IMG/VR virus record: IMGVR_UViG_3300030372_002992
Coordinates: 1 to 27,642 of that record
DNA from: a virus
Lineage: Duplodnaviria > Caudoviricetes
DNA length: 27,642 nt
Reading direction: 5' to 3' (one strand)
Translations under genes and position numbers: made by a program
The notes under the pieces: model-generated
What the model was told of the DNA's origin: nothing
Seen by the model: only the letters and a program-made list of their open reading frames with translations
The model's database searches: none
Part shown: one piece after another, positions 16,811 through 25,677 of the stretch
Layout of the letters: every line of letters starts with the position of its first letter
Numbering within the stretch: position 1 is the first letter of the stretch

Positions 16811-18102
16811 AGCACGACGTTGCTCGGATACTTACACAACAAGAACTACATGGATGGTATTTTGATGAACGCGCTGCATGGGAACTTGCATCGTCTCTCA
16901 GAAAAAGGCTTGAACAAACTTCTCAACTATTACATAACAGGCACCCTTTCGTTGCCGGACCACTATTCACTCCTAAACGAGATAATCGGACCCAAGGCTA
17001 TGTCAAAGGCACTGGTTGTACCGAAAAACACGAACACTGCGGCACTCTTGTAGATATAGAACAGTGTTCATTTACACGTTTAAAGGAAACTAGTACAACA
17101 AGTCGAGATCATATTTCATGGATTCTAAAGACACACTACGGTTGGAAACCAACCCAGTTCGCAAAGAAGACAAAGAAACCGATCATCGACGAGGTGATAC
17201 TCAAAGAGATCGGGACAGAAATAGCACTGCAGTTTCTGACATGTCTCGATATTACGAAGAAATTGGGGATGATCTCAGAAGGCGTGAACGCATGGCTGAA
17301 GCTATGTACGAGTGCTAGTCGGATACACCACCACTGTTCAGTTGCAACTAATACGCACAGATGTGCCCACCGAAAACCAAATTTGGCGCAATGCCCAAGT
17401 GATCATGAATTCAGAGAACTCTTCCAAGCAACACCAGGACAACTCATGGTTGGTGCCGACCTTGCTGGGATTGAATTGCGCATGCTATCTAACTATCTTA
17501 GTAGGTATGATGGCGGTCGCTATGCAGATATCCTCCTCAATGGAGACATTCACCAAGTTAATGCCGACGCCATCGGGGTTACTCGGAGACAAGTCAAAAC
17601 AATTTCCTACGCCTTCATCTACGGTGCCGGAAATGCCAAAATTGGGTATTCCTATGATGCCCAATTAAGTGAAAAACAAGCTACAAAGAAAGGCAAAGAA
17701 ATTAGAGAAGCGTTTGTCAACGCTATTGATGGACTTGCGGAACTATTGGAAGCGGTCAAAAAGAAAGCTTCGGAGAAAGGGTTTCTTCTGAGCATCGATA
17801 AACGGCCAATCAAAGTAGACAGTCCTCACAAAGCTCTTAACTACCTTTTGCAATCATCCTCTGCAGTCGTTGCAAAGCGTTGGATGTTAATTAACAACGA
17901 AACTATTAAATCCACTGGGTTGTGTGCATCACAGCTCGCATTTATACATGACGAATTACAGTACGAGTGTGCCCCAGAGCACGCCGGAGACTTATCAACA
18001 TCCTTGGTATACGCAGCAGCAGCTGCTGGAGAGTACTACAACCTCAGAATCCCCATCGCAGCAGAAGCAAAAACCGGAAAAAGCTGGGCTGACGTTCACT
18101 GA
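16771..18102 (+). CDS. DNA polymerase A, polymerase part (split gene, ORF2)
   Basis: Motif A DLAGIELR, motif B RRQVKTISYAFIYG, motif C IHDE; likely ATG 16771 (MRPLPQIPQW), overlapping ORF1 by 40 nt in another frame. Confidence 0.92.
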   Translation: MRPLPQIPQWVLLEHDVARILTQQELHGWYFDERAAWELASSLRKRLEQTSQLLHNRHPFVAGPLFTPKRDNRTQGYVKGTGCTEKHEHCGTLVDIEQCSFTRLKETSTTSRDHISWILKTHYGWKPTQFAKKTKKPIIDEVILKEIGTEIALQFLTCLDITKKLGMISEGVNAWLKLCTSASRIHHHCSVATNTHRCAHRKPNLAQCPSDHEFRELFQATPGQLMVGADLAGIELRMLSNYLSRYDGGRYADILLNGDIHQVNADAIGVTRRQVKTISYAFIYGAGNAKIGYSYDAQLSEKQATKKGKEIREAFVNAIDGLAELLEAVKKKASEKGFLLSIDKRPIKVDSPHKALNYLLQSSSAVVAKRWMLINNETIKSTGLCASQLAFIHDELQYECAPEHAGDLSTSLVYAAAAAGEYYNLRIPIAAEAKTGKSWADVH

Positions 18103-18424
18103 TACCAACCGTTTAGGTGATTATTACGAGCAATTGGTGCAGCTAAAAGCTTGGGCAAAAGGTGCTGAAGTATTTCCAAATAAGGGTTGTACAGGCAAGA
18201 TCGACATGGTTCTGAAGATCAACGGTAATCTTTACGAGATCGATGTCAAGGCTGAAAAATATGATTATCTGACTGGTAATTGGAAGTCACGTGGTAAGCC
18301 TGTACCTGATGGTGTCTACGTAGTCCTGGTTCGTGCTGAAGATTATTCTATTCGATGGTCTAATTTAAAGTCAGGTTCTAGAACTCCAAAATGTCCGCCT
18401 GGTTTGGAGGACTTCTGGAATTGA
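18089..18424 (+). CDS. PD-(D/E)XK-type endonuclease-like protein (start unclear)
   Basis: GDYYE...W.KGAEVF.N.GCTGKIDMV......YEIDVK fits E...D...(E/D)xK; no ATG before the first motif (in-frame CTG at 18089). Confidence 0.6.
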   Translation: MTFTDTNRLGDYYEQLVQLKAWAKGAEVFPNKGCTGKIDMVLKINGNLYEIDVKAEKYDYLTGNWKSRGKPVPDGVYVVLVRAEDYSIRWSNLKSGSRTPKCPPGLEDFWN

Positions 18425-19188
18425 AATTACTTATTGACGCAGACTACATTGTCTACAAAGCTTGTGCTGGAGCTGAAGACGAGATTGATTGGGGCGGTGA
18501 TGTAATCACTGTTACCAGTAAATTCTCAGAAGCTTATAAGAACGTTTGTAGGGACATCACAAAGATCCAGGCACAGTTCATGTGGGACACACCAGAAGTG
18601 GTGCTGTTCTTCAGTGACTCATTAAATTTCAGGAAAAAAATTTACCCCGATTACAAGGGACATCGAAATAGAAAGAAGCCCTGCGGTTACAAACGTGTCA
18701 TCAGGGAACTTGACAAGCATTACATGGTTGAGCTGATGGAGGAGCTGGAAGCTGACGATGCCATGGGTATCTACGCCACAGCTAATCCAGGCCACATCAT
18801 TTGCTCGCCGGACAAGGACATGCGTCAAATCCCTGGCAGGCTCTACGACATGAAAGAGACAACGCTGATTGACCCTGTAGAAGGTGCTCGATGGCATCTA
18901 ATTCAGACAATTGCAGGTGACCAGACCGATGGATACTCCGGCGTCCCTGGCTATGGAGTCAAGCGTGCTGTCAGTTTGTTTGAAGAGAATGGATATTCCT
19001 GGGAGACAGTTGTTGATGCCTTTGCCGAGAAAGAACTCGATGAGGATGTCGCACTAATGAATGCACGACTTGCTCGCATCCTTACATGTAAAGACTATGA
19101 CCCGCTTAATAGAAGAGTCATTCCTTGGACCCCCACCCCCGGTTACCGAGTTGACTATGGAACAGAAGTTCAAGATGAGAAGGCTTGA
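18421..19188 (+). CDS. 5'-3' exonuclease (gp6-like)
   Basis: LLIDAD, YKGHR, LEADD, DKD, GDQTDGYSGVPG; TTG start overlaps the upstream TGA. Confidence 0.95.
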   Translation: MKLLIDADYIVYKACAGAEDEIDWGGDVITVTSKFSEAYKNVCRDITKIQAQFMWDTPEVVLFFSDSLNFRKKIYPDYKGHRNRKKPCGYKRVIRELDKHYMVELMEELEADDAMGIYATANPGHIICSPDKDMRQIPGRLYDMKETTLIDPVEGARWHLIQTIAGDQTDGYSGVPGYGVKRAVSLFEENGYSWETVVDAFAEKELDEDVALMNARLARILTCKDYDPLNRRVIPWTPTPGYRVDYGTEVQDEKA

Positions 19189-19366
19189 TGATCTACTACC
19201 CAAAGCAGACAAAGAAGATTTAATTACTATCCTTACTTCCTTACAACATCAGAATTTTGTTCTGTGTAATACCGTATCAAACCTAGTTAAAGAATGGCCA
19301 CTTCACCCCATTACTACACCAGAGGTTCCATCGAATGCTGGGACTTCATCAGAGACCAAGAGCTGA
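19097..19366 (+). CDS. nblA: Phycobilisome degradation protein NblA (viral)
   Basis: ELTMEQKFKMRRL...DKEDLITILTSLQHQNFVL.N.V.NLVKEW matches the NblA pattern LSLEQQF..R; overlaps the exonuclease 3' end out of frame. Start uncertain. Confidence 0.8.
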   Translation: MTRLIEESFLGPPPPVTELTMEQKFKMRRLDDLLPKADKEDLITILTSLQHQNFVLCNTVSNLVKEWPLHPITTPEVPSNAGTSSETKS

Positions 19367-19554
19367 ACTACCACCTGGGCTGTGCTGTTAAGTACATCTG
19401 CCGAGCAGGCTGGAAAGACAGCAAAGAAGAAGATCTAAAAAAAGCAATCCACTATCTACAAAATGAGCTACAGCACACATATGCAGAGTCAGAGCTTGAT
19501 GGATCAAGCCGAGGCGTTCCGAGCAGCGTATTCCCTCTCGAAGATTGGACGTGA
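19294..19554 (+). CDS. DUF3310 / T7 gp1.7-like protein
   Basis: SPHYYTRGSIECWDFI...YHLGCAVKYICRAG.K...EDLKKAIHYL. Confidence 0.85.
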   Translation: MATSPHYYTRGSIECWDFIRDQELNYHLGCAVKYICRAGWKDSKEEDLKKAIHYLQNELQHTYAESELDGSSRGVPSSVFPLEDWT

Positions 19555-19840
19555 AGCACGCAAAGTACAGAAGGCATTGATCGATGAAGAGTGGAGTGAA
19601 TTCCACGAAGCCTTTTACTTTGAAGATGAGTGTGATCAGTTGAAGGAGCTAGCGGATCTCGTATTTGTTTGCTACCAGATGGCTGCATCACAGGAGTGGG
19701 ATCTTGATGAGGCTATGCGTCGTGTGTACGCATCAAACATGTCCAAACTTGGTGAAGATGGGAAACCTATCTACCGAGGTGATGGCAAGGTGCTGAAAGG
19801 ACCTAACTACAAACCACCAACACTTACAGACCTAGTTTAA
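19463..19840 (+). CDS. MazG-like NTP pyrophosphohydrolase
   Basis: LIDEEWSEF...KELADLVFV...SNMSKL...DGKVLKGPNY. Confidence 0.85.
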   Translation: MSYSTHMQSQSLMDQAEAFRAAYSLSKIGREARKVQKALIDEEWSEFHEAFYFEDECDQLKELADLVFVCYQMAASQEWDLDEAMRRVYASNMSKLGEDGKPIYRGDGKVLKGPNYKPPTLTDLV

Positions 19841-19842
19841 TA

Positions 19843-21219
19843 ATGACTACATCACTTATCTCACGTACTGGACGTGTACAATCGTGGCTCGATAACCCTG
19901 AGTCACGTCTTCCAGTTTCATGCACTGTCTTCGTCGTTGAAGACTCAATGGAGGGACCAAATGGAATCGAAGCGAGCTGGCGTTTTGCGTCACATGCTCT
20001 TAGAAATGGAGCGGGCTGCGCAATCCACCTGTCAAAACTCAGACCCAAAGGAACTGAATCTCGTAAGGGAGATGATGTCCTCGTTGCATCAGGTCCAGTC
20101 TCATTCGGAAAGATCTATTCAACACTGAACGAGATCTTACGTAGAGGTGGAACCTACAGAAATGGTGCGATAGTTTTACATATTTCGGCGGATCATCCCG
20201 ACGCTTTGGAGTTCATCACTACACCACGTAGTGAGTTGCCTTGGGTAAAACGCTGCATCAACATCACACCAGAGATGTGGGAAGCATGCGAGTTCAAAGA
20301 AGAACTGCTGTTCGGTATCAAATCTGGTGACATCTGGTTAAACAAAATCCGTCATGATCTACAAGGAAATCGAATCTATGGGAACGTATGTCTTGAGGTG
20401 TACTTGCCAAGTCGCGGCACCTGTCTCTTGCAGCATGTCGCTCTCTCTGCCTGTGAATTTGACAACATTCCAAGAGCTTTCCGTGAAGGGATGCAAGAAC
20501 TGTGCACACTCCATGGTCGAACTGGTGTTGGCGATTCAGGAGAGTATCTCCCAAGCGAGACTGACAGACAAGTCGGACTCGGGATGCTTGGACTTGCCAA
20601 TCTCCTACGGCGGTACGGCATAACCTACGAACAGTTTGGTATTGCACTAGATCAAGTAAATGGTGGTGATGTTGTACAAACACCTGCCTTTGCTTTGGCT
20701 AGTCAGTTCAAGACTGGTATTACAGAAGCTGCTGCTATTGCACGTAGCCACAACATGGTGCGAGCCTTTGCTATTGCACCGACTGCTAGCTGCAGTTACA
20801 GGAGCAAAGACCTAGATGGGTTTACTGCAACACCAGAAATTGCACCACCTATCAGCCGGACAGTGGACCGTGACAGCGGAACGTTCGGGGTACAAACATA
20901 TGATTACGGTGACGTTGAGATCGCATCAGAGGTTGGCTGGGACGCTTACAAGCGTGTAGCTGATGGTCTGATGGTGATGCTTAGCGACACAGGGCTTCTT
21001 CATGGGTATAGCTTCAACAGTTGGAGTGATGTTGTCACGTACGACAACGCCTTTATCGAAGAGTGGCTACGGTCCCCACAAACGAGCCTCTACTACAGCC
21101 TCCAAGTCATGGGAGATGTACAAGATAAATCTGATGCGTACGCTGCATTGAAAGACGACGACATAGAACATTATCTGGAGGACATTCTAAATGAACCACA
21201 ATGTGACTGTCAGGAATGA
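19843..21219 (+). CDS. nrdA: Ribonucleotide reductase large subunit, minimal (cyanophage clade, class O-slash-like)
   Basis: PVSCTV, NVCLE (N-x-C-x-E), APTASCS, SLYY pair, C-terminal CDC; only 458 aa with no ATP cone. Confidence 0.9.
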   Translation: MTTSLISRTGRVQSWLDNPESRLPVSCTVFVVEDSMEGPNGIEASWRFASHALRNGAGCAIHLSKLRPKGTESRKGDDVLVASGPVSFGKIYSTLNEILRRGGTYRNGAIVLHISADHPDALEFITTPRSELPWVKRCINITPEMWEACEFKEELLFGIKSGDIWLNKIRHDLQGNRIYGNVCLEVYLPSRGTCLLQHVALSACEFDNIPRAFREGMQELCTLHGRTGVGDSGEYLPSETDRQVGLGMLGLANLLRRYGITYEQFGIALDQVNGGDVVQTPAFALASQFKTGITEAAAIARSHNMVRAFAIAPTASCSYRSKDLDGFTATPEIAPPISRTVDRDSGTFGVQTYDYGDVEIASEVGWDAYKRVADGLMVMLSDTGLLHGYSFNSWSDVVTYDNAFIEEWLRSPQTSLYYSLQVMGDVQDKSDAYAALKDDDIEHYLEDILNEPQCDCQE

Positions 21220-21656
21220 ATCCTTATCAAAAACTAATGGCGCGGAAGCGCAAATGGACACCAGTCCAAACAGACGCCGGAGCTTGCAAGGAGGGTGCGG
21301 AGGAGACTCTGTACCGTGCACTTGCTCTACGGCACATGGAACTACCTGTGGGGGATTTCATCACTGATGCTCTTACCACTGAAATACCAGAAGTCGCCAG
21401 AGAAATACTCATCTCAAATGTACGGGATGAAGAGAACCACGACGTGGCACTTGGTTACATCGCCAATGCTTTCGGCGTTGATCAAAAGGCGGAGGCGGAA
21501 GCGATCAGGCTACGGGATGCGTGGACTTCGCATCCAGATCACACGATCGTCAAAGCAATGGTTGCCGAGCGTGCAATTTTCTTTGTACTACTCCCATTCT
21601 TTAGAGCTAATGGTGACCCTGGTATGCGAACGGTGTCTGCGGACATCAGTAGAGAT
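21216..21656 (+). CDS. nrdB: RNR small (ferritin-like) subunit, exon 1
   Basis: DEENH and AERAIF ligand motifs; ends ...SADISRD at the predicted 5' splice site. Confidence 0.88.
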
Positions 21657-21891
21657 TGATTTGTTGGTCTCTACTATAAAAAACTAGGTGAATTGCTGGA
21701 ACTCCACCTTAATGGACAATCAGCAGCCAAGCCAACCTACAAGTTGGAAGGTTCAACGACTAACTCCCGAGTGGCAACACAGTAATGGAGACACGAGTGC
21801 CTAGCACCTTAATGGTGAAGATATAGTCTGAACTGCATCAATGGTAAAGATGCAGATGCAAGAGATAAAGAGCTTTTGCGATAACAAATTG
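21657..21891 (+). ncRNA. Group I self-splicing intron, 235 nt, no ORF
   Basis: P AATTGCTGGAA, Q AATCAGCAGC, R GTTCAACGACTA, S AAGATATAGTCT; P1 AGAGAT/GTCTCT with U-G at the splice site; P3 CTAGGT/GCCTAG; terminal G; splicing restores D|EQIH in frame. Confidence 0.93.
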
Positions 21892-22167
21892 GAACAAATA
21901 CACGTGGCAACCAACAGCCTCGTATGCAAGGAGCTGGGGCTTGAAGCGTCACCTTCCTTGGACCGATTGAGAAAGGCGACGATCAACTGGGTGATGCAAC
22001 CTCTGAAGGTTGGAGCATCTGATAAAAAACTAGACAAAAAATTTTGGTTAGATCAGAGCGACAATCTTATGTATCAGGGTAAAGCACCTGAACTTTCTTT
22101 CACCAAAGCAGCTCGGATGCCTGCCTTCTTTGAGCACAGCAATGTCAATCTACCCCAATACGCTTGA
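21892..22167 (+). CDS. nrdB: RNR small subunit, exon 2
   Basis: Begins EQIHVATN, completing DExxH; spliced protein is 238 aa ending PQYA. Confidence 0.88.
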   Translation, partial: EQIHVATNSLVCKELGLEASPSLDRLRKATINWVMQPLKVGASDKKLDKKFWLDQSDNLMYQGKAPELSFTKAARMPAFFEHSNVNLPQYA

Positions 22168-22324
22168 GCCTATCTTTGGCCCAGAACTTCGATCAATTAT
22201 CGAAGAGTTAAATGAATTCTATCCACCCGTTACTCCTACACCAGACTGGACCGAACGTCAGATCATGTATCGAGCTGGACAACGTTCAGTCGTGGAGTGG
22301 TTAATCCAACGAATAGAAAACTAA
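22142..22324 (+). CDS. Conserved hypothetical protein upstream of the virion genes
   Basis: YPPVTPTP......IMYRAGQRSVVEWL motif, recalled from T7-like phages at this position. Confidence 0.7.
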   Translation: MSIYPNTLEPIFGPELRSIIEELNEFYPPVTPTPDWTERQIMYRAGQRSVVEWLIQRIEN

Positions 22325-22569
22325 TGTGTTTTAATAACAACCAACCTACTCCTCAGATTAGTAGACCTGCAGCTCCGCCTCCGGTAAAGCCACTGCAGAT
22401 TGCAAAAACTTCTAAGCTTGATCCTAGACGTGTTGAGCCTGAAAAGAAAAAGCCAGTATCTTACGGAGCCAAGAGTCTTCGTGATACTAATAAAGTAGCC
22501 AAGCGTGATGCTGCTTCACTTTTGATTCCTCTAAATAGTGGGGATTCAAAAGGAGGTATTAACGCATGA
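22324..22569 (+). CDS. Small virion-associated protein (gp6.7/7.3 position)
   Basis: MC- start, Pro-rich, ends LLIPLN..GGINA just before the portal; TAATG coupling. Confidence 0.6.
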   Translation: MCFNNNQPTPQISRPAAPPPVKPLQIAKTSKLDPRRVEPEKKKPVSYGAKSLRDTNKVAKRDAASLLIPLNSGDSKGGINA

Positions 22570-24137
22570 GTACCGCACGTGAAAGGTACAGCAAGCTAAG
22601 TTCTAACCGACATCAATTCTTAGACACAGCTGTAGAGTGCTCCAAACTTACATTGCCTTATCTCATCTCACGTGATGACGAGGCAAGAAACCATAAGACA
22701 ATTGTCACTCCTTGGCAATCAGTAGGTAGCAAATCAGTAGTGACTTTGGCCGCGAAGCTAATGCTTGCATTGCTTCCTCCGCAGACCACCTTCTTTAAGT
22801 TACAAATTAGAGAAGACAAACTGGGTGAAGAGATCACACCTGAAATTAAAAGTGAACTCGACCTGTCTTTTTCCAAGATGGAACGAACCATCATGGAATC
22901 AATTGCTGCTTCTAATGATCGTGTGGTAGTGCATCAAGCACTCAAGCATCTGATCGTTGCTGGTAATGCACTGATCTTCATGGGTAAGGATGGTCTGAAG
23001 CACTACCCACTTAATCGTTATGTCGTCAACCGTGATGGCAATGGTGAGGTGTTGGAGATCGTCACCAAGGAATCAGTTAGTAAAGAACTTCTCAACATGA
23101 AGAAGTTCGAGCCTACACCAGGCAATGTTCAGGACGAAAGTTCACAGCATGCTGATGAGGTAGATGTCTATACACACGTCAAGCTAGACAATGGTCGTTG
23201 GCGTTGGCATCAAGAATGCATGGGTAAAGTTATGGACGGTACTAAAAGTACTGCTCCTAAAAACTCAAGCCCATGGCTCGTACTTAGGTTCAACACCTGC
23301 GATGGTGAGGACTATGGTCGTGGTCGTGTCGAAGAATTCCTTGGAGATTTCCGTAGCCTTGAAGCACTCAGCCAGGCCCTGGTCGAAGGTTCAGCTGCGG
23401 CGGCTAAGGTTGTATTCCTTGTAAGCCCGTCGGCCACTACTAAGCCTCAGACATTGGCTCAGGCTGGTAACGGTGCAATCATCCAAGGCAGGCAAGAGGA
23501 TGTCACTGTCGTCACTACTGGTGGCAAGACAGCTGACTTTGCTACAGCTGCCAACCTTGCTCAACAACTTGAGCGGAGGATTGGAGAGGCGTTCTTACAG
23601 TTGAACATCCGACAGTCAGAAAGAACTACTGCTGAAGAAGTACGCCTTACACAACTTGAACTAGAACAACAACTCGGTGGCCTTTTCAGTCTTTTGACTG
23701 TCGAGTTCCTTGTCCCTTACTTAAACAGAATCATGATGGTTCTGCAGCGTAACGGACAGCTACCAAAGATCCCTAAAGAGTTTGTCAGCCCAACTATTGT
23801 CGCTGGTGTTAATGCTTTGGGTCGTGGTCAGGACCGCGAAAGCTTGACAACGTTTATCTCAACCATTGCTCAGACACTTGGTCCTGAAGCATTGATGAAG
23901 TACATCGATCCAACTGAAGCGATCAAGCGACTAGCTGCTTCACAAGGTATTGATTACCTGGGATTGATCAAACGTGAAGAACAGATCCAGCAGGAGATGC
24001 AACAGCAACAACAGATGGCACAGCAACAGTCCCTTGTGGATCAAGCTGGTCAGCTAGCTAGTGCACCAATGATGGATCCATCTAAGCAACCACAACAAGA
24101 ACAACAAGAACAACAACTACCACCACAAGATGACTAA
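22566..24137 (+). CDS. Portal (head-tail connector, gp8-like)
   Basis: TLPYL, WQSVG, LAAKLMLALLPP, EDYGRG.VEE, ERTTAEEVR; GGAGG RBS. Confidence 0.97.
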   Translation: MSTARERYSKLSSNRHQFLDTAVECSKLTLPYLISRDDEARNHKTIVTPWQSVGSKSVVTLAAKLMLALLPPQTTFFKLQIREDKLGEEITPEIKSELDLSFSKMERTIMESIAASNDRVVVHQALKHLIVAGNALIFMGKDGLKHYPLNRYVVNRDGNGEVLEIVTKESVSKELLNMKKFEPTPGNVQDESSQHADEVDVYTHVKLDNGRWRWHQECMGKVMDGTKSTAPKNSSPWLVLRFNTCDGEDYGRGRVEEFLGDFRSLEALSQALVEGSAAAAKVVFLVSPSATTKPQTLAQAGNGAIIQGRQEDVTVVTTGGKTADFATAANLAQQLERRIGEAFLQLNIRQSERTTAEEVRLTQLELEQQLGGLFSLLTVEFLVPYLNRIMMVLQRNGQLPKIPKEFVSPTIVAGVNALGRGQDRESLTTFISTIAQTLGPEALMKYIDPTEAIKRLAASQGIDYLGLIKREEQIQQEMQQQQQMAQQQSLVDQAGQLASAPMMDPSKQPQQEQQEQQLPPQDD

Positions 24138-24882
24138 TACTTTTTCAATGAATGAGGCTGAAGCAGACGCTCCAGTGCTAAATGCTGATGAGCAAGAGTC
24201 ACTTGCTATTGGCGAAGAGATGCAAGCCGCTGATGATCAACTGCTTGCTGGTAAATATAAAAGTGTTCAAGACCTAGAGAAAGGTTATCTTGAAGCACAG
24301 AAGATGTTAGGTGACAGGTCTGCTGAAGAGGAGACTGTCGAAGAGGAACCTTCTGAGTCTTCACCTACTGACTATCTTAATGCAGCAGCATCTGAATATG
24401 GCGAAAACGGTGAGTTGTCTGAAGAGACAATGAATCAGCTTACCTCCATGTCTAGTGAAGAACTCATTGCTGCTTACATCGATTCACAAACTAATCAACC
24501 GCAAGGTCAAGGCGTTGCCCTTAGCGATCGTCAAGTTCAATCTATTAAACAGACTGTTGGTGGTGATGAACAGTACGATGCATTGGTTGGTTGGGCTGGT
24601 GAAAATCTAGATAGTTCTTCTATTGATGCATTTGATTCATTAGTTGAATCTGGTAATGCCAAAGCAATTGAACTTGCAGTCGCTGGACTTAACGCAATGT
24701 ACGAAGCACAGAATGGAAGTGATGGACAAATGATTACTGGTAAAGCACCGTCTACTAGTGGTGATCGTTTCCGTAGCCAACAAGAAGTTGTGGCTGCAAT
24801 GACCGATCCTCGTTACGACAATGACCCTGCATATCGTCAGGAGATCATTGAAAAGCTAGATCGATCTGACAATTTCTTTTAA
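24130..24882 (+). CDS. Capsid scaffolding protein (gp9-like)
   Basis: Acidic; LLAGKYKS, VGG..QY, C-terminal AMTDPRYDNDPAYR. Confidence 0.92.
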   Translation: MTNTFSMNEAEADAPVLNADEQESLAIGEEMQAADDQLLAGKYKSVQDLEKGYLEAQKMLGDRSAEEETVEEEPSESSPTDYLNAAASEYGENGELSEETMNQLTSMSSEELIAAYIDSQTNQPQGQGVALSDRQVQSIKQTVGGDEQYDALVGWAGENLDSSSIDAFDSLVESGNAKAIELAVAGLNAMYEAQNGSDGQMITGKAPSTSGDRFRSQQEVVAAMTDPRYDNDPAYRQEIIEKLDRSDNFF

Positions 24883-25052
24883 TGAACGACACACAAATTT
24901 GGGCTAAAGAACCACGAATGTATACCGAAGAAGTAACCGTGACACACAACGAAAAAGCTGAGATGCTGAATGGTCGCCTTGCAATGCTTGGCGTCATCGC
25001 AGCTATTGGCGCATACGCAATGACTGGACAACTTATCCCTGGAGTTTTCTAA
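24882..25052 (+). CDS. hli: High-light-inducible protein (56 aa)
   Basis: Not in track. AEMLNGRLAMLG chlorophyll-binding motif and TGQLIPGVF end. Confidence 0.95.
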   Translation: MNDTQIWAKEPRMYTEEVTVTHNEKAEMLNGRLAMLGVIAAIGAYAMTGQLIPGVF

Positions 25053-25141
25053 TGCCTTACGGACCTGGAACATACGGAACTAAAAAAGGACGCCCGCCTC
25101 TAAAAAAAAAGGGAGCCAAAAACGGTGGTAAAAAAAAGTAG
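25052..25141 (+). CDS. Small basic peptide (29 aa)
   Basis: MPYGPGTYGTKKGRPPLKKKGAKNGGKKK*; TAATG coupling to hli. Confidence 0.6.
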   Translation: MPYGPGTYGTKKGRPPLKKKGAKNGGKKK

Positions 25142-25166
25142 TACACGTAATGTTGGTTTAAAGATT

Positions 25167-25316
25167 ATGGCTAAGCAAGGTCTTTATGCAAACATCCACG
25201 CTAAGCGTAAACGCATTGCTGCTGGCAGTGGAGAAAGAATGAGAAAGCCTGGGTCTGCTGGCGCACCTACGGCAAAGAACTTTAAACGCGCCGCAAAAAC
25301 TGCAAAAAAAAAGTAA
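25167..25316 (+). CDS. Small basic phage protein (49 aa)
   Basis: MAKQGLYANIHAKRKRI..GSGE.MRKPGS.GAPTA..FK motif recalled from marine phages. Confidence 0.7.
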   Translation: MAKQGLYANIHAKRKRIAAGSGERMRKPGSAGAPTAKNFKRAAKTAKKK

Positions 25317-25326
25317 CTCTAATTTA

Positions 25327-25677
25327 ATGAAATCTATTATCGCAACTGGTATCCTCCTCGGCCTTGGCACTGCTGCTGTGGCTGGTCCTTATGTGAATAT
25401 CGAGAACAACGCTGGTCTGACTGGATCTGACTTCCTTGGTCATACCACTGACTTCCACCTCGGCTATGAAGATGCAGGTAAGTCTGGCTCTTGGTATATC
25501 CAAGCTGGCCCTTCTGTCTCTGTAGACGATGGTGGCGAAGCAGACACCAAGCCTACCGGTAAGGTCGGTGGCTCAGTCAATGCAACTGACAAAGTCTCTG
25601 TCTATGGAGAGTTGGCTGCGGCATTTGATGATGTTAATAACTACGCTACGAAGCTTGGCGTTAAGTACAGCTTCTAA
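25327..25677 (+). CDS. Outer-membrane beta-barrel-like protein
   Basis: Signal peptide (…TAAVA-GPY), amphipathic strands, C-terminal KLGVKYSF (terminal Phe). Confidence 0.75.
   Translation: MKSIIATGILLGLGTAAVAGPYVNIENNAGLTGSDFLGHTTDFHLGYEDAGKSGSWYIQAGPSVSVDDGGEADTKPTGKVGGSVNATDKVSVYGELAAAFDDVNNYATKLGVKYSF

Noticed and set aside
21705-21815. Direct repeat CACCTTAATGG (twice) as a target-site duplication
   Set aside because: Both copies form hairpin arms and loops (P5 and P8) inside the intron, so intron structure explains them.
21216-22167. nrdB as a pseudogene or two genes (track ORFs 21216-21659 and 21841-22167)
   Set aside because: The gap has full group I intron hallmarks and its removal restores the frame; the MVKMQMQ start lies in intron P9 sequence.
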